DNA of 64,000 bases from Antechinus flavipes (Eukaryota): the NCBI RefSeq assembly GCF_016432865.1, contig NC_067399.1:395808001-395872000 (forward strand). The letters run 5' to 3'. The notes below the pieces were generated by a model, which was given only the letters and a program-made list of their open reading frames with translations, ran no database searches and was not told the origin of the DNA. Position numbers and translations under genes: made by a program. Shown here in pieces: positions 1 through 12,040 of the stretch (its first letter is position 1; each line of letters opens with the position of its first letter).

Positions 1-78
1 TGTGTCCCTCTATTAAAATTTCAAGAGTTCCTTTAAATGTCTCAATTTCCTTTTTGTGTCTCTAGGATTTAGCCTAAT

Positions 79-270
79 TCTTTGTGATCTCATTTGGAGT
101 TTTCTTGGCAAAGATACTGCCTACAATGGCTTGCCATTTTCTTCTTGTGCTCATTTTACAGATGAGGAAACTGAGGTTACATGACTTGTCCAAGGTCACA
201 CAGCTAGTTTCTGATGATGAATTTTTCCACCTCCGATTTTGGCACTCTATCCACTGTACCACCTAACTGC
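79..270 (-). mobile_element. MAR1-type marsupial CORE-SINE
   Basis: Reverse complement of the MAR1-like layout: ttttcttggcaaagatact...cattttacagatgaggaaactgagg...aaggtcacacagctagt...gcactctatccactgtaccacctaactgc. Confidence 0.8.
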
Positions 271-614
271 TATCTTTGGCATAAATACTTTTTTCTTCAT
301 TCATCCATTTATTCATATAAAACAAAATTTTCATCAGTGTTATCATCACATAATATGTCTTCCAGTTATAATATGATATGATTCTTTGAAGTACTATTAT
401 CTTCTTAGTTCTATTAGTATGTTTACAAATTTCAGATAAAGAGATGCTGGATCCAAAGTTAAAATGTCAGCATAAATATACAAAGGAAAAGGGTGTCTAT
501 TTCTTCCAGGACTACCAAGCTTCCACAGAAAGTATTTAGAGTGTAAATCATTATTGATTAGAATGTTAACTGTGTCACAGAACACATTTGATGTCCTGAC
601 TCAATAAAATCAAC

Positions 615-1290
615 TCTAAGGTGGCAATGTGAAATGTCTTAGATAATCCCTGTTCCCACATAAATACCCCAGCAAAGATCTAAAAGGACACTAAATAAGA
701 AAACCAAAGTAAAATAGCAGTAAATTCCTCATTCATTTTAGAACTGTAGAAAATAACAGACTTGTTTGTGGGGTGCTTGCTTAGGGAATGAATGACTCTG
801 GGGAGATAGAAGCTAATACAAACTCTGGTAAAGAGAACTTGAAGTCAACAGAATTGCAGTTCTGCCATATCAGAACATCAGTGGAGGATAGAAACAGCCC
901 CACATAGGTCACTGAACAAGAATCCAGGGCTCAGGAAATTCTAAACAACCTAACGAAATACCTCTATCAGCATCATAGCAGGAGACAGGAGCAGCATAGC
1001 ACCTAGGTAGCCTATATAGCAGATGCTCGCTCTGAGTCCTGAAACCAGCACTTTCCTTAGATTCACAACAAAAAACAAGGTCACCTCATTTTCTGGGCAG
1101 CCCACATAACAGGAGGTCCTGCAAAAGACCTGAAATCAGTAAGAGCTCCTATGTACAATTGGGCCTTATTAGGGCTATAACAGAGAATGGAGCAAATTTT
1201 CCATTTGGAGTTTATAAAGAAAAAGAGATAGTGATGGAGCCTATCTTAGCACTTGCATTGGGTCACCTGGAGACCAGAGGCAGACGCCAG
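615..1290 (+). mobile_element. Possible old L1 5'-UTR-like fragment
   Basis: Loose resemblance to the start of marsupial L1 and to the 5' end of the L1 at 24.1 kb; heavily diverged, no ORF. Confidence 0.35.
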
Positions 1291-1299
1291 AGTTTGTGA

Positions 1300-1535
1300 C
1301 TAGTTGAACCAGAGTTCAATTCTTTATGACTCTATTTGAGAATCTCTTGGCAAGGATATTGGACTGGTTTGCCATTTCTTTCTCTAGTTCATTTTATGGG
1401 TAAGTAAACTGAGGCAAACCGGGTTAAATGACTTATGACTTACCCAGAGTCATACAGCTAGTAATTATCTGAGGCTAGATTTGAAGATTTTGAGTCAGGT
1501 CTTCCTGACTCCAGACCCAGGATTCTATCTACCAC
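1300..1535 (-). mobile_element. MAR1-type CORE-SINE
   Basis: ctcttggcaaggatattggactggtttgccatttc...aaactgaggcaaac...cccagagtcatacagctagt...tcaggtcttcctgactccag. Confidence 0.8.
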
Positions 1536-2004
1536 TTCACCTACCTGCCCTAAAAAAAAGTGTAACTGGAAAGAGGAAAAAGGTGAAAATGTAAGTATTA
1601 AGACTGAGCTTGTTCCTAAAGAAAAAAAAAGTTAAAAGGCAAGCAAAATTTATCTCATTTGAGCCTAACAACAAACCTCTCTGGTCCCTGTGCCAGAAAT
1701 TTGCAGATCCCAAAGGATTCAGGTTTACTTTAGGGAAGTTTTTATGTCTCTGGCTTGTCCTCATTTTTTCCTCCACCCTGAAATGACTACCTGACACTAC
1801 CAGATATGCTGATGTACCAAGTACAAATGCTTGTACATATTTAACTCACAAAATTAAAGAATGAGTTGAATGCATACATTTCTGGAATGCTTTTTCCCCC
1901 CTTCACTTTTTTATTCTTTATTTCAAAGAATGGTTCTCTGTGTAGGAGAAAAGGAAGAATATCTTTGGAGATGATCATGTGAAAACTGATAATTATTATT
2001 ATAA

Positions 2005-2215
2005 CTATCATTTACCTATCACTTTAATAGTTTGCAATACACTTTGCAAATTTTATCTTATTTTATCTTCATAACAATTCTGGGAGGTATTTATCCCATT
2101 TTACAGATGAAGACATTGAAGCAGGAAGGGGGTAAGTGACTTTTGCTAGGGTCAACATTGGATACTCACAAATGTCCAATACCAGATTTCAATTCAAATC
2201 ATCACTCCTGGCCCA
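2005..2215 (-). mobile_element. MIR SINE
   Basis: MIR core: cccattttacagatgaagacattgaagc...taagtgactt...ctagggtcaac. Confidence 0.7.
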
Positions 2216-2824
2216 GCAAAGATCATTCACATGGAAAAAATAAAGCAAATAAAGAATGCTTATTGCCCAGATTTAAAAATATACAGCCCATTAGTTCAGC
2301 CCTTCTGCATATATATTGTTTTTCAAAGAACCACAAAATTTGAGAGTTGGAAGGAGCTTAGTGGCCATCTAGTTCAACTCATAGATATCTTAGAATATTA
2401 TAAAGAGACAATTTGTTTGCCTATTCTCAGGTAGGGAGAAGTTTCCTAATAAGCTTTCTGATGTCTAGATATTCAAACACAAATGAGGATTCAAAGTTTT
2501 AGCAGAGAACAAGCTACTAATCCTTTCCTCATTCCTGATTATTCCAATACTAGTTTAGTAATCTTTGACAATTCTCATAACTTTTCTCTGTTTCAATTTC
2601 TTACTGGAATACCATCAATTTCATGAGTAGTCACTCTTACAGGACAAACCCTTTGCCACTTCCCAACCCTATGTGGGACTAGGGAAATTCAAGGGTTATT
2701 TGAAAAATCCTACTCAGAAAAATCTTTGGGATTTTATTTCCTTTCTTTTTTGGCCCATGAACAAATATAGAATACTTAGTTAGGCAAGAGAAATCCCTTC
2801 CTGAAGGGAAATAGATGGCTATAT

Positions 2825-3035
2825 TCTATCTTAGCTAAGTGAGGCAATAGATAGAGAACTGCAAGACATCATCCTGAGTTCAAATCTAGTCTCAGACAGT
2901 AGCTGTATGACCCTAAGAAAGTTACTTAACCCTGTTTGCCTCAGTTTCCTCCTTTGTAAAATGAACTGGACAAGGAAATTGCCCAAATGAGGTCATGATG
3001 AGCCAGATAGGACTGAACAACAACCACCAACAATC
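2825..3035 (+). mobile_element. MAR1-type CORE-SINE
   Basis: cctgagttcaaatctagtctcagacagtagctgtatgaccctaagaaagttacttaaccctgtttgcctcagtttcc, ending in a (caa)n tail. Confidence 0.8.
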
Positions 3036-3329
3036 ACAAAGGAAAAAAAAAAAACAAAACTTTTATAGATAATTGAGTCTTCCTCTAAAGATGGAAAGTA
3101 TTTGGATTCTTGCTCCCTGAACAAATTTGGTGATACCAAGGTCAGCAACAGAAGTAACAGATGGGAATAGTCTGAAAGAGATCAAGGCCTTAATTTCACT
3201 CCAGCTGTTGAGCAGAGAGAACTGTGCCTCCTGACAAATTTTAAACACCCTAGAGACATTGTTCTCTGTGGTAGGTGAGGATAAAATTCAGCACAGACTA
3301 AATTTTGTACCTATAGCTACTCATCAACT

Positions 3330-3993
3330 CTTACTTGGGCTACTCCAATAGCACCCTAATTGGTCTCTTTGTATTATCTTTCTTTTCCAACCTTTCTTCT
3401 ATACAATTGTCAAAATAATATTCCTAAAGTACATGTCATTCTTCCATTCAAGAAAATTCTGTGGTTCTCTATACCTTTAGATTAAAACACAAATTCTTAT
3501 TTGGCATTTAAAGTCCTTCATAGTCTGGCCAAGCTACCTTTCCGGGCTGATTACACAAACCCCTCCGCACACATTCTACGCTAGTCAAATTGGCCTATTT
3601 GTACATGGTTTGCCAATTCTCAACTCCATGCTTTTGCACAGACTACTTCCAATTCCTGGAATATTTTTCATCCTCCACCTCTTGATATCTCTAGTTTGAT
3701 TTAAAGCTTGGCTAAGGTGCTAGACCTCCATCAAGAGTTCTTTCCTGATGCTCCTACTTGTTAATGCCTCCCCCAAAAAAATTCATTGTGAATTTATATT
3801 ATGTTTCATATAAGCTTTAGTAGCTTAAAATTTCGCTAAGACCTTTGAGACATCCTATATGTGTCCTATATGAATTTAACTATGACCATATTGCATCTCA
3901 CTGATAGAATGGAAATGATATATAGACAAGAACTATCCAGCTTGTTTATTTTATCCCCAATGCCTCTCATAATCCCTGGCACATAATAGACCA
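3330..3993 (+). mobile_element. L2 LINE 3' fragment
   Basis: Typical L2 3' motifs (ttcctaaagtacatgtc, ttggcatttaaagtccttca, cctggcacataatag); the tail resumes at about 4181 (attggttgatt). Confidence 0.7.
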
Positions 3994-4178
3994 TGAAAAA
4001 TCCTACCCAGAAAAATCTTTGGGATTTTATTTCCTTTTTTTTCTTGGCCCAGGAACAAGTAAAGAATACTCAATTAGGCAAGAGAAATTCCTTCCTGATA
4101 GAATACTCTTATCTTAGCTAGGTGAGACAATGGGTAGGCACTGGGCTTGGAATCAGGAAGACTTATCTTCCTGAGTTC
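3994..4178 (+). repeat. Local duplicate of 2701-2881
   Basis: tgaaaaatcctac(t/c)cagaaaaatctttgggattttatttcc...ttaggcaagagaaat(c/t)ccttcctga occurs at both positions. Confidence 0.9.
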
Positions 4179-4267
4179 TCATTGGTTGATTAAATAATTT
4201 ATGGCACAATACCTGACCCTGAGGGCTACAAAAGTGTTTATGAAAAGAAGACCAAAGAACGATGCTT

Positions 4268-4965
4268 TTATTTTTTCTTTGATAGTTATTTTATTTTTCC
4301 AAATACATTTGTGTAACTTTCACCTTTCATTTTTGTAAAACTTTATATTCCAAATTTTTCTCCTTCCCTCCTCAAGATTACAATCTTATGAAAGTTAAAT
4401 ATGTGCAGTTCTTTTTTAAAATATTTTCATATTTGTCATGCTATGCAAGAAAAATCTTATCAAAAGGATAAAACAATGAGAGAAAAAATAAATAACCCAA
4501 AAAAAGATGAAAATACTGTGTTTTGACGCACATTCAGTCTCCATAGTTCTCTATCTGGATGTGGATGGCATTTTCCATCCCATATCTATTGGAATTGTCT
4601 TAAATAATCACATTATTAAGAAGAGCCAAATCCATCACAGGTAATCATCATATAATCTTGTTGTTACTATGTACAATGTTCTATTGGTTCTCACTTCACT
4701 CAGCATCAATTCATGTAAGCCTTTCCAGGCTTTTCTGATATCAGCCAGTTTGTCATTTCTTATAGAACAATATTCCATTAGATTCATATATTGTAAATTA
4801 CTTAGTAATTCCCCAACTGATGGGCAGTTCCTTGCCACTATAAAAAGGACCACTACAAACATTTTTGCACACATGGGTCCCTTTCCCTCTTTTGAGCTCT
4901 CTTTGGAATATAAGCCCAGTAGTGACACTGCTGGATCAAAGGGCATGCACAGTTTTAGGAGAACA
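4268..4965 (-). mobile_element. L1 LINE 3' end (ORF2 C-terminus plus 3' UTR), 5'-truncated
   Basis: Minus-strand peptide LCMPFDPAVSLLGLYSKE...GPMCAKMFVVVLFIVARNCPSVGELL matches the L1 ORF2 C-terminus; T-rich tail at the left end. Confidence 0.92.
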
Positions 4966-7074
4966 ATACTTTTAAAAAGCTGTGTGGCTTTGTAGAAAAA
5001 TCCATGATGGCAAGCAAAGCCTAACTTTAAAATTACATGCAAAGAGTTCTAGAAGAAGAATCTTGTTGGGAGTGCTTCCTAAAAGACATGAGGATGCTAT
5101 GCAGTCCCTTGGAGAAAGGGATGTTTATACATTTAGGGCAAGAATGGACCTTCATGCCCACTTAGTGCAATCCCTTCATTTTACAGATGAGTAAACTACC
5201 CATTTGGAGAGTTTCTTTTTTGGAGAACTCTTTCATTTTTTTTCTCCATAAAACTTTCTTTAATTTTGTGAGGTCAGGGTTTAAAAGTATCAGGTAGCTA
5301 TTTCCCCACATTTTGGAGGAAAAGACAATACCAAACCAGAGACATGAGAAATTCCCTAAAGTAAACCTGGGGCTTTTGGGATTTGAAGGCTTTTGACACA
5401 GGGATCACAGTGTTTATTGTTAGTCTCAAATGAAATAATTTTGCAAAAGTCCTTTTAAAAGCATGAATCATTATAGGATGGCAAAGATATTACTACGACT
5501 TTTCCCATCTAGCAAATATAGGTTATGATGCTCTTTTCCCATTTACTCAGGGACTTTAAATGGACTAAGCCATTGAGCCAAGGTAGAAGCCACTCCTCGG
5601 AGTGCTGGACAGAGCCAAGGCAGGGCTTTCAGGTCATAAAGGTAGCACTTAGCAATGTTCTGGAACAGTCATTTACCAAATGGGGTCCCAGCGTCTCTGA
5701 AGTGCTCTAAATCCTTAGAAGAAAGGCTCTATGTGGTGTTATTCCAAAGGCATCAGACCAAAGCTGATTTCTAGTTTAGGGTCAAATCTTTAAAGGGCTC
5801 TTATCGGATCCACATTACTTCACAGGTAATTTGGCCCCCAAGTTGCTTGTTATGAAAGCCATTTCCCTCTTAAATACACAAAACAAGCCGGATATAATAA
5901 CTGTGCTTCCCATTTCATAATTTCAGATATAAAATTACATATATGAATAGGTAGGCTACCCTTTAAAAATTTAGCCCTAGGGATTTACGGAAATTAATTA
6001 ATTGGATTTTTTTTTAGGCCTATCTAGAGCAATAATGGTGAAAATAACCAACGTGAAAAAAAGAGATTATGACTTTTTAAAGCCCAGGCTGCAACTCTTT
6101 TGAGGACAGTTATAGCACAGCACATACTAGACCCTTAATAAAAGTTTATTGAATGAATATAAAGTGAATTAATTCACAAAGTCCCAAAACTTCTACCAGC
6201 TACAAAACCCTGACTATCTGTCCTTGGGCCATAAGTTAGAGAGACAAAAATGCTCACCATTATATAATCACTGGAAGGTCAAGACTCAGCAGCCCTCTCT
6301 CCTCAAGTGGAAATCATGAGCACTTAGAAATTGTCACCACTTAGGAAAATCACAAGTAGGCACTTCCACCCACTCTGCCAGTACATCAAGCCAGCCTTCA
6401 CCCTAGAAACCCCAACCATAGAAGAACTAGTCAGCTACCAGCAGTAAGCTAATGACTCATTTACAAGTCCTATTTCAGGCAATCCTCAGTCTTTCCACAT
6501 CTAAGACATACCAGCCTAAAGTTTTCCCCATTATATGTATTCTCTCTTTCCACTTGCCCCTTACCTTCAGCCTTCTGATTACCCCCAAGAAAAGCAAATT
6601 TCCAGGCAACAAAGCAGGAATGACACATCCCTAATATCTGCATAAGAATTTCTAATCATCTCTGACAAATCAATAGGAACATTCATATTATTTGATCAAA
6701 GATTTTAGACAGCACTGAGTCAGGCAGCTTTCTATCAACATAAACTAAAATCATGCTGTTTGCTATTCAGATTTCCTAGGGGAAAAAAGTTCACAAGTGC
6801 ACTCAATCTCTGTCAAATCAGCAGGCCCTGCTCATATCTCCCTGGAACAGATGCTGTTGGCTTTTGGTCTTATTAAATGGCTAGTGTTTTTCCATTCCTG
6901 TCATTTTGATAAGCAAATAAACATTTCCTATTCTATGATTGCTACACTTTTCATGGTAATTCTACAGAAAGTCTTCTGGCATTTAATAATGTGGCCAAGT
7001 AAGGACCTCAGGAGCCATGTATTTGCAGTTGTAGGAATATTTAGCCTAGAGAAGAAAGGATCTTAAGGAAGGAA

Positions 7075-7310
7075 CCCACCAGCTGTCTTAAAATGTCTGA
7101 ACTGCTGTCATTTGAAAGAAAGAGGATTCTTACTTTGTGTAGCTCCAGAGAACAGAAGGAGGGACAGTTTACTGAAAGTTTCAAAGAAGATTTCAATCCA
7201 AAATATGGAATAACTTTCTAATAACAAGGTATCCAGCAATGGAATTGTCTACCTCATGACATAATTGGATCATATTCAAATAGAGTCTGGATGAATCCAT
7301 AGGAATGTTC
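7075..7310 (+). mobile_element. L3/CR1 LINE 3' fragment
   Basis: gctgtcttaaaatgtctgaactgctgtcatttgaaagaaagagga...tttctaataac...atccagcaatggaa resembles the L3 3' region. Confidence 0.55.
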
Positions 7311-7314
7311 CCTA

Positions 7315-7540
7315 GTTGTTGTTTAGTCATTTTTCATTCATATCTAACGTTTTGTGATCCTATTTAGGGATAAAGATATTAGCATAGTTTGCCATTTCCT
7401 TTTCCAGCTCATTTTGCAACTAAGAAAACTGAGACAAATAGATTGAAGTGACTTGCACAGGGTCAGCCGGCTAGTGTCTGAGATCAGATTTGAATTCAGA
7501 TCTTTTTGTCTCTAGGCCAACCACCTAGCTGTTGCCTAGG
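7315..7540 (-). mobile_element. MAR1-type CORE-SINE
   Basis: gttgtttagtcattttt...gtttgccatttcctttccagctcatttt...gtgacttgcacagggtc...ccacctagctg. Confidence 0.8.
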
Positions 7541-9328
7541 CTCTACTTGAATTCCAGAAGAGATTGAATTACAAAATCTTTAAGTCTCATCTCAGCTATG
7601 AGATTATATAATCCTAAGGAGTCATGTTGGAAATTGAATTGGCTTCCCTCTTTTTTTTCTCACATCCCTTTGTCCTTCCACTGGAAGAGAGCAGACATCT
7701 CAGGTTTAAAGAAAATGCCTAAGTCTGATTTCAATTATCTTTAACCATGTGGCCACAGAGTACTTCCTAGCATTTATTGGCCTATTATTAATAAAGTGCT
7801 TTGAAAATCATCATACACTATGTAACTATTGGCTTTATTAAGTAACCACACATTACTAAGAACTAGGATCAGAGAGCCTTTCATAGATCTCCCTTTACAT
7901 AGAGAATCCCCAGAACCAATGAAACATTGTAGGAACTTCCCAGCATAAGGAAGTTCATCCCCTTCATTTGGCTTTATATTCAAATAGGAAATCATTTGGC
8001 TAGACTTTTCATGAGAACTCAGAAGAGCTAATTTTCAGGGTGAAGGCACTGTGGAAGTTCCAGGGCCTTAAAGAAAGGACTTCTGTTCAAATTTGGAAAT
8101 ACTATGAAAGGATGACCAAACATAACTGGATATGCAGAATATCCAGAGAATATAGAAGAGACTATAGAGAATAGAATAGAGAAGACTAAAACTAAAAACT
8201 GGAGCTGAGGCCTGACTGAACCAGACTGATTATTGGTGATAATAGGTTATTGGTGAGAATTAATAACCTGCCTTTCCCCTTCTTTCCCAGGGATAGCATA
8301 ATTTTTATAAAGTCTACCTAGATATTAAATCTTTCTCTTTCTTCAAATAAGTTCCATTGAAACCTTCTAAACTTTATTTTAATGTTTATCAGCATTTTAT
8401 GTTACTTAATGATTTAAATAAATTAAATGATCAATAATCATGATTTGTCAAGGCCTGTGAATTCACAAATCAAGATTAAGAAAAAAGAAACTCTCCCATA
8501 AAAGAAGAGATTTATCCAGTTTTAACCAGAGTAGAGCACCAACTGATTGCAGTTTTTATTATATTGGCAATTTCTGAGATTAGTCCAGAGCATATACTCT
8601 AAACAGCCTTTGAACAATTGAGAAACAGAAACACACATGAGGCAAAGAAATACAGAGCGAGAATTACAAGATGATGAATAATGTAGCAGAGAAGCAGGAA
8701 CTAGTTGGTCGTCCTTGAATATATTTGATATGCCTGATATGGCATACTCACATACCATACATCATCATGATCATCATTGTTCCTATAGAAAAATTATTTT
8801 GATATTGTTCAATGGAATTCAGATAAAAATGGTTCTAAGTCAACATCTTGCTAATATTCTTTTATATCAAATTTTATGTGGGGACTATTGCACAGATGGA
8901 TAAAATAATTTTTTCATATTTCAATGGCTATAATGGGAAGTAAGCTTAAATTCACTGAAATCATCCTTAGTACAGTTAACTGCAGGAGAAAAGAGAATGT
9001 TGGGGATAATATGTACCTCCTTCTATTCCCATACCATTTTAATTTTTTTCTATTTTGCAGTCCTGAAATATTTTCATACTCTCTGTCAAATATTGTGGGG
9101 AAATACTCTATTTCATGATGTGTATAGCATTTTCTGCTTTTTGTAATCATTTTTCTTTTGGTATGATTGCTCAGGTAGTTAGATTTATACAGTAAAACTC
9201 AAAAAAGATTATTAAAAATTCCAAATTAAGTATGATCATCTTCTTTTCAAAGTCATTAAGAAATCAATGGTTTTTTAATCACTGGTTTCATTAAGATGTA
9301 TACTTTCTTTTTAAAAAATATATTTTAA

Positions 9329-9449
9329 GGGGCAGCTAGATGGCTTAGTAGATATAGAACTGCCCTGAACTCAGGAGGATCTGAATTCAAATCCAGCCAC
9401 AGAAACTTAATAGTTTCTATCTATGAGACCCTGGGCAAGTCACTTAATC
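9329..9449 (+). mobile_element. WSINE1/MAR1-type SINE head running into the gap
   Basis: ggggcagctagatggc...tcaggaggatctgaattcaaatcc...gaccctgggcaagtcacttaatc. Confidence 0.8.
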
Positions 9450-9590
9450 NNNNNNNNNNNNNNNNNNNNNNNNNNNNNNNNNNNNNNNNNNNNNNNNNNN
9501 NNNNNNNNNNNNNNNNNNNNNNNNNNNNNNNNNNNNNNNNNNNNNNNNNNNNNNNNNNNNNNNNNNNNNNNNNNNNNNNNNNNNNNNNNN
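9450..9590. other. Assembly gap (N run)
   Basis: Run of n characters. Confidence 1.
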
Positions 9591-10905
9591 TTGTTAAGTG
9601 TTCCCCAATTATGTAAAAAAAAAGTTAACTTTTATTTGAGTTTCAAAATTTCTCCTCCCTCCTTTTTTTTAAGAAAGCAATCAATTTGAAATTACCTACA
9701 CATATAAAGCATGCAAAATATATTTCCATATTAGCAATGTTGCAAAAAGAACCAAAAATGTAATGGCTCAGTATTTTTTTAATTTTGATTTTTGATTTTC
9801 AGGATTTCTATTTTGGTGTTTAATTTTTTTAATTGTTCTTTTTCTAGGTTTTGTTGGTCATATGCATAGTTCTTTGCTCTGTTCTTCCCTTTATTGATGT
9901 GGGCATTTGAGATGTAAATTTTTCCCTAAGTACTGTTTTGGCTACATTCTAGAAATTTTGGAATGTTGTCATATTGTTATCATTCTCTTTAATAAAACTG
10001 TTCATTGATTCTACAATTTTTTTCTTTGACCCACTCATTTTGAAGAATTGGATTAGTTTGCTTCCATTTCTTTTTTACACTATGCTTCTTTCCACAGCCT
10101 TTTATTGAATACAATTTTTATTGTATTATGATCTGAAAATTATGTATTAATATGTCTACCTTTCTGCTTTTTGCTGTGAAGTTTTTATGTCCTTATATGT
10201 GGTCAGTTTTTGTGAAGGTGCCACCTAGAGCTGAGAAAAAAGTATACTCCTTTCAATTCCCATTTAGTTTTCTCCAGAAGTCTATCCTATCTAACTTTTC
10301 TAAGAATCTATTCATCTTCTTAACTTCTTTCTTATTTATTTTAATGTTAAATTTATTAGGTCTGAGAGAGGAAAGTTGAAGCCCTTACTAATACAGTTTT
10401 GTTGTCTCTTTTCTTTTATAATTCACCTTTTCCTTTAAGAATTTGGATATTATGCCATTTGGTTTGTGCATTTAGTATTGGTATGACTTCATTGTTTATG
10501 GTGTCTTTTAGCAAGATGTAGTTTCCCCTCTTATCCCTTTTAACTAGGTCTATTTTTGCTTTTGCTTTGTCTGAGATCATGATTATTACCCCTGCTTTTT
10601 TTTACTTCATATAAAATATAATATATAATGCTCCAGCCCCTTATTTTAACTTCACATATCTCTTCCTGTTTCAGATATGTTTCTTGTATACAATTTATTA
10701 TTGGATTCTATTTTCTAATCCATTTGATATCTGTTTCCATTTTATGGGTGAATTCATCCCATTAACATTCACCGTTATGATTATTAACTGTTCCCTCTAT
10801 CCTATTATTTTCTGTTTATCCTTTTTTTCTTTTCATCATTCCCCTCCTCTAAAGTCTGTTTTGCTTCTTACTACTATCTTCTTTTCTCTTGAGTAAGGTG
10901 GATTT
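9591..10905 (-). mobile_element. Decayed L1: short 3'-UTR-like piece joined to the ORF2 endonuclease region
   Basis: Minus translation near 10180-10330 gives EVKKMNRFLEKLDRIDFWRKLNGN*KEYTFFSALGGTFTKTDHI*GHKNF, matching the L1 endonuclease motif YTFFSxxHGTFSKIDHILGHK with stops. Confidence 0.88.
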
Positions 10906-10909
10906 CTAT

Positions 10910-11296
10910 TGTTAATATAATTAAACATAAAATGCAGGTTTTAATATGAGAGAGAAACAACAGGATACTTCACTAATATTGGGGTTCAGGTACCTATTTT
11001 ATTAAAATCCTAAAAATCTACAAAGCAAAAATGCACTTAGTTCCATCTTGTTCCATTGCATTGGACAAAAACCATATACAAATATATATATATACAAATT
11101 TTCCCAAAAGTTGAGTTACATTGCAGCTGTGGACAATTCACAAATTGTCCAAGTACTTTAAAAATAGCTGATATTTTGACTACCTTTTAACATTTGATAT
11201 CTGGGTATCAGCACTGGGCAGAATTTCCCTAGAAATATTACTGCCAGCATGAGATATAACTAACCTGAGTAGTATAAGTCATCCGATTCTGTCTCA
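10910..11296 (-). mobile_element. Possible solo LTR
   Basis: About 390 bp bounded by TG...CA, with a minus-strand AATAAA near 11000; no convincing target-site duplication. Confidence 0.25.
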
Positions 11297-11809
11297 CCTC
11301 TTTTCTTGATCTTTAAATTCAACAAGGAATGGCTTACCTTATTCTTTTTCATTTTAGATTCTGAAAGCAATTTTCTTTTTGTCTTTGGAGAGGTTTCCAT
11401 GAATCTCTTAATGAAACATTTCTTACTGCATCAAATGAAATCATTCTGGTATTACAAAAATGAAAGTGACAGTAAATATATTGTAGGATTGTAGATCTTG
11501 TGACTTGATGAATTAGAGCATGATCAAATCATACTGGCAAATTTCCAAAAGGTTTGAATTAATCCCTTTTTTTCATTTACCTCACATTCTATTTTTGTAT
11601 ACATAACTGAAAGCCACAAATGTTGAGTTCATATGAAAATAGCTCTTGTTTCTATAGAAATGTGAGGTTTATAAACTGCTCTCCTCATTACAATCTGGTG
11701 AGATATGAATTGCAAGTATTTTGATTTCTATTATTCAGAAAAGAAAACAATCTTTCCAAGAAGTAACTTTTATATGATGATACCATTAGATCAGAACTAG
11801 TAATGTAAT

Positions 11810-12040
11810 AACATTAACAGTTAGCTTTTACGTAGTATTTTAAGGTTTGCACAGCACTTTGAAAATATCTAATTTGATCCTCACAACAACTTTGAGAGGT
11901 AAGTGCTGTTATTGTATCCATTTTCCAGATGAATTAGCTGAGGCAGACAGAAATTAAGTGACTTGCCAAGGGTGACAAAGATAGTAAGGCAAGATTTGAA
12001 CTCACTGCAAGTCTAGGAAACTATCTTCTGTGCCACATAG
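11810..12040 (-). mobile_element. MIR SINE
   Basis: ttaaggtttgcacagcacttt...gatcctcacaacaac...ccattttccagatga...aagtgacttgccaagggt. Confidence 0.8.

Noticed and set aside
436-540. Exon-like plus segment DKEMLDPKLKCQHKYTKEKGVYFFQDYQASTE
   Set aside because: The acceptor is plausible but there is no good donor before the stop
4635-5042. 135-aa ORF, and similar ORFs at 26526, 45883 and 63322
   Set aside because: All are L1 ORF2 C-terminal remnants, not host genes
9061-9160. Strong plus-strand acceptor followed by LKYFHTLCQILWGNTLFHDVYSIFCFL
   Set aside because: In-frame stop before any good donor; the pyrimidine tract is just the antisense of an A-rich stretch
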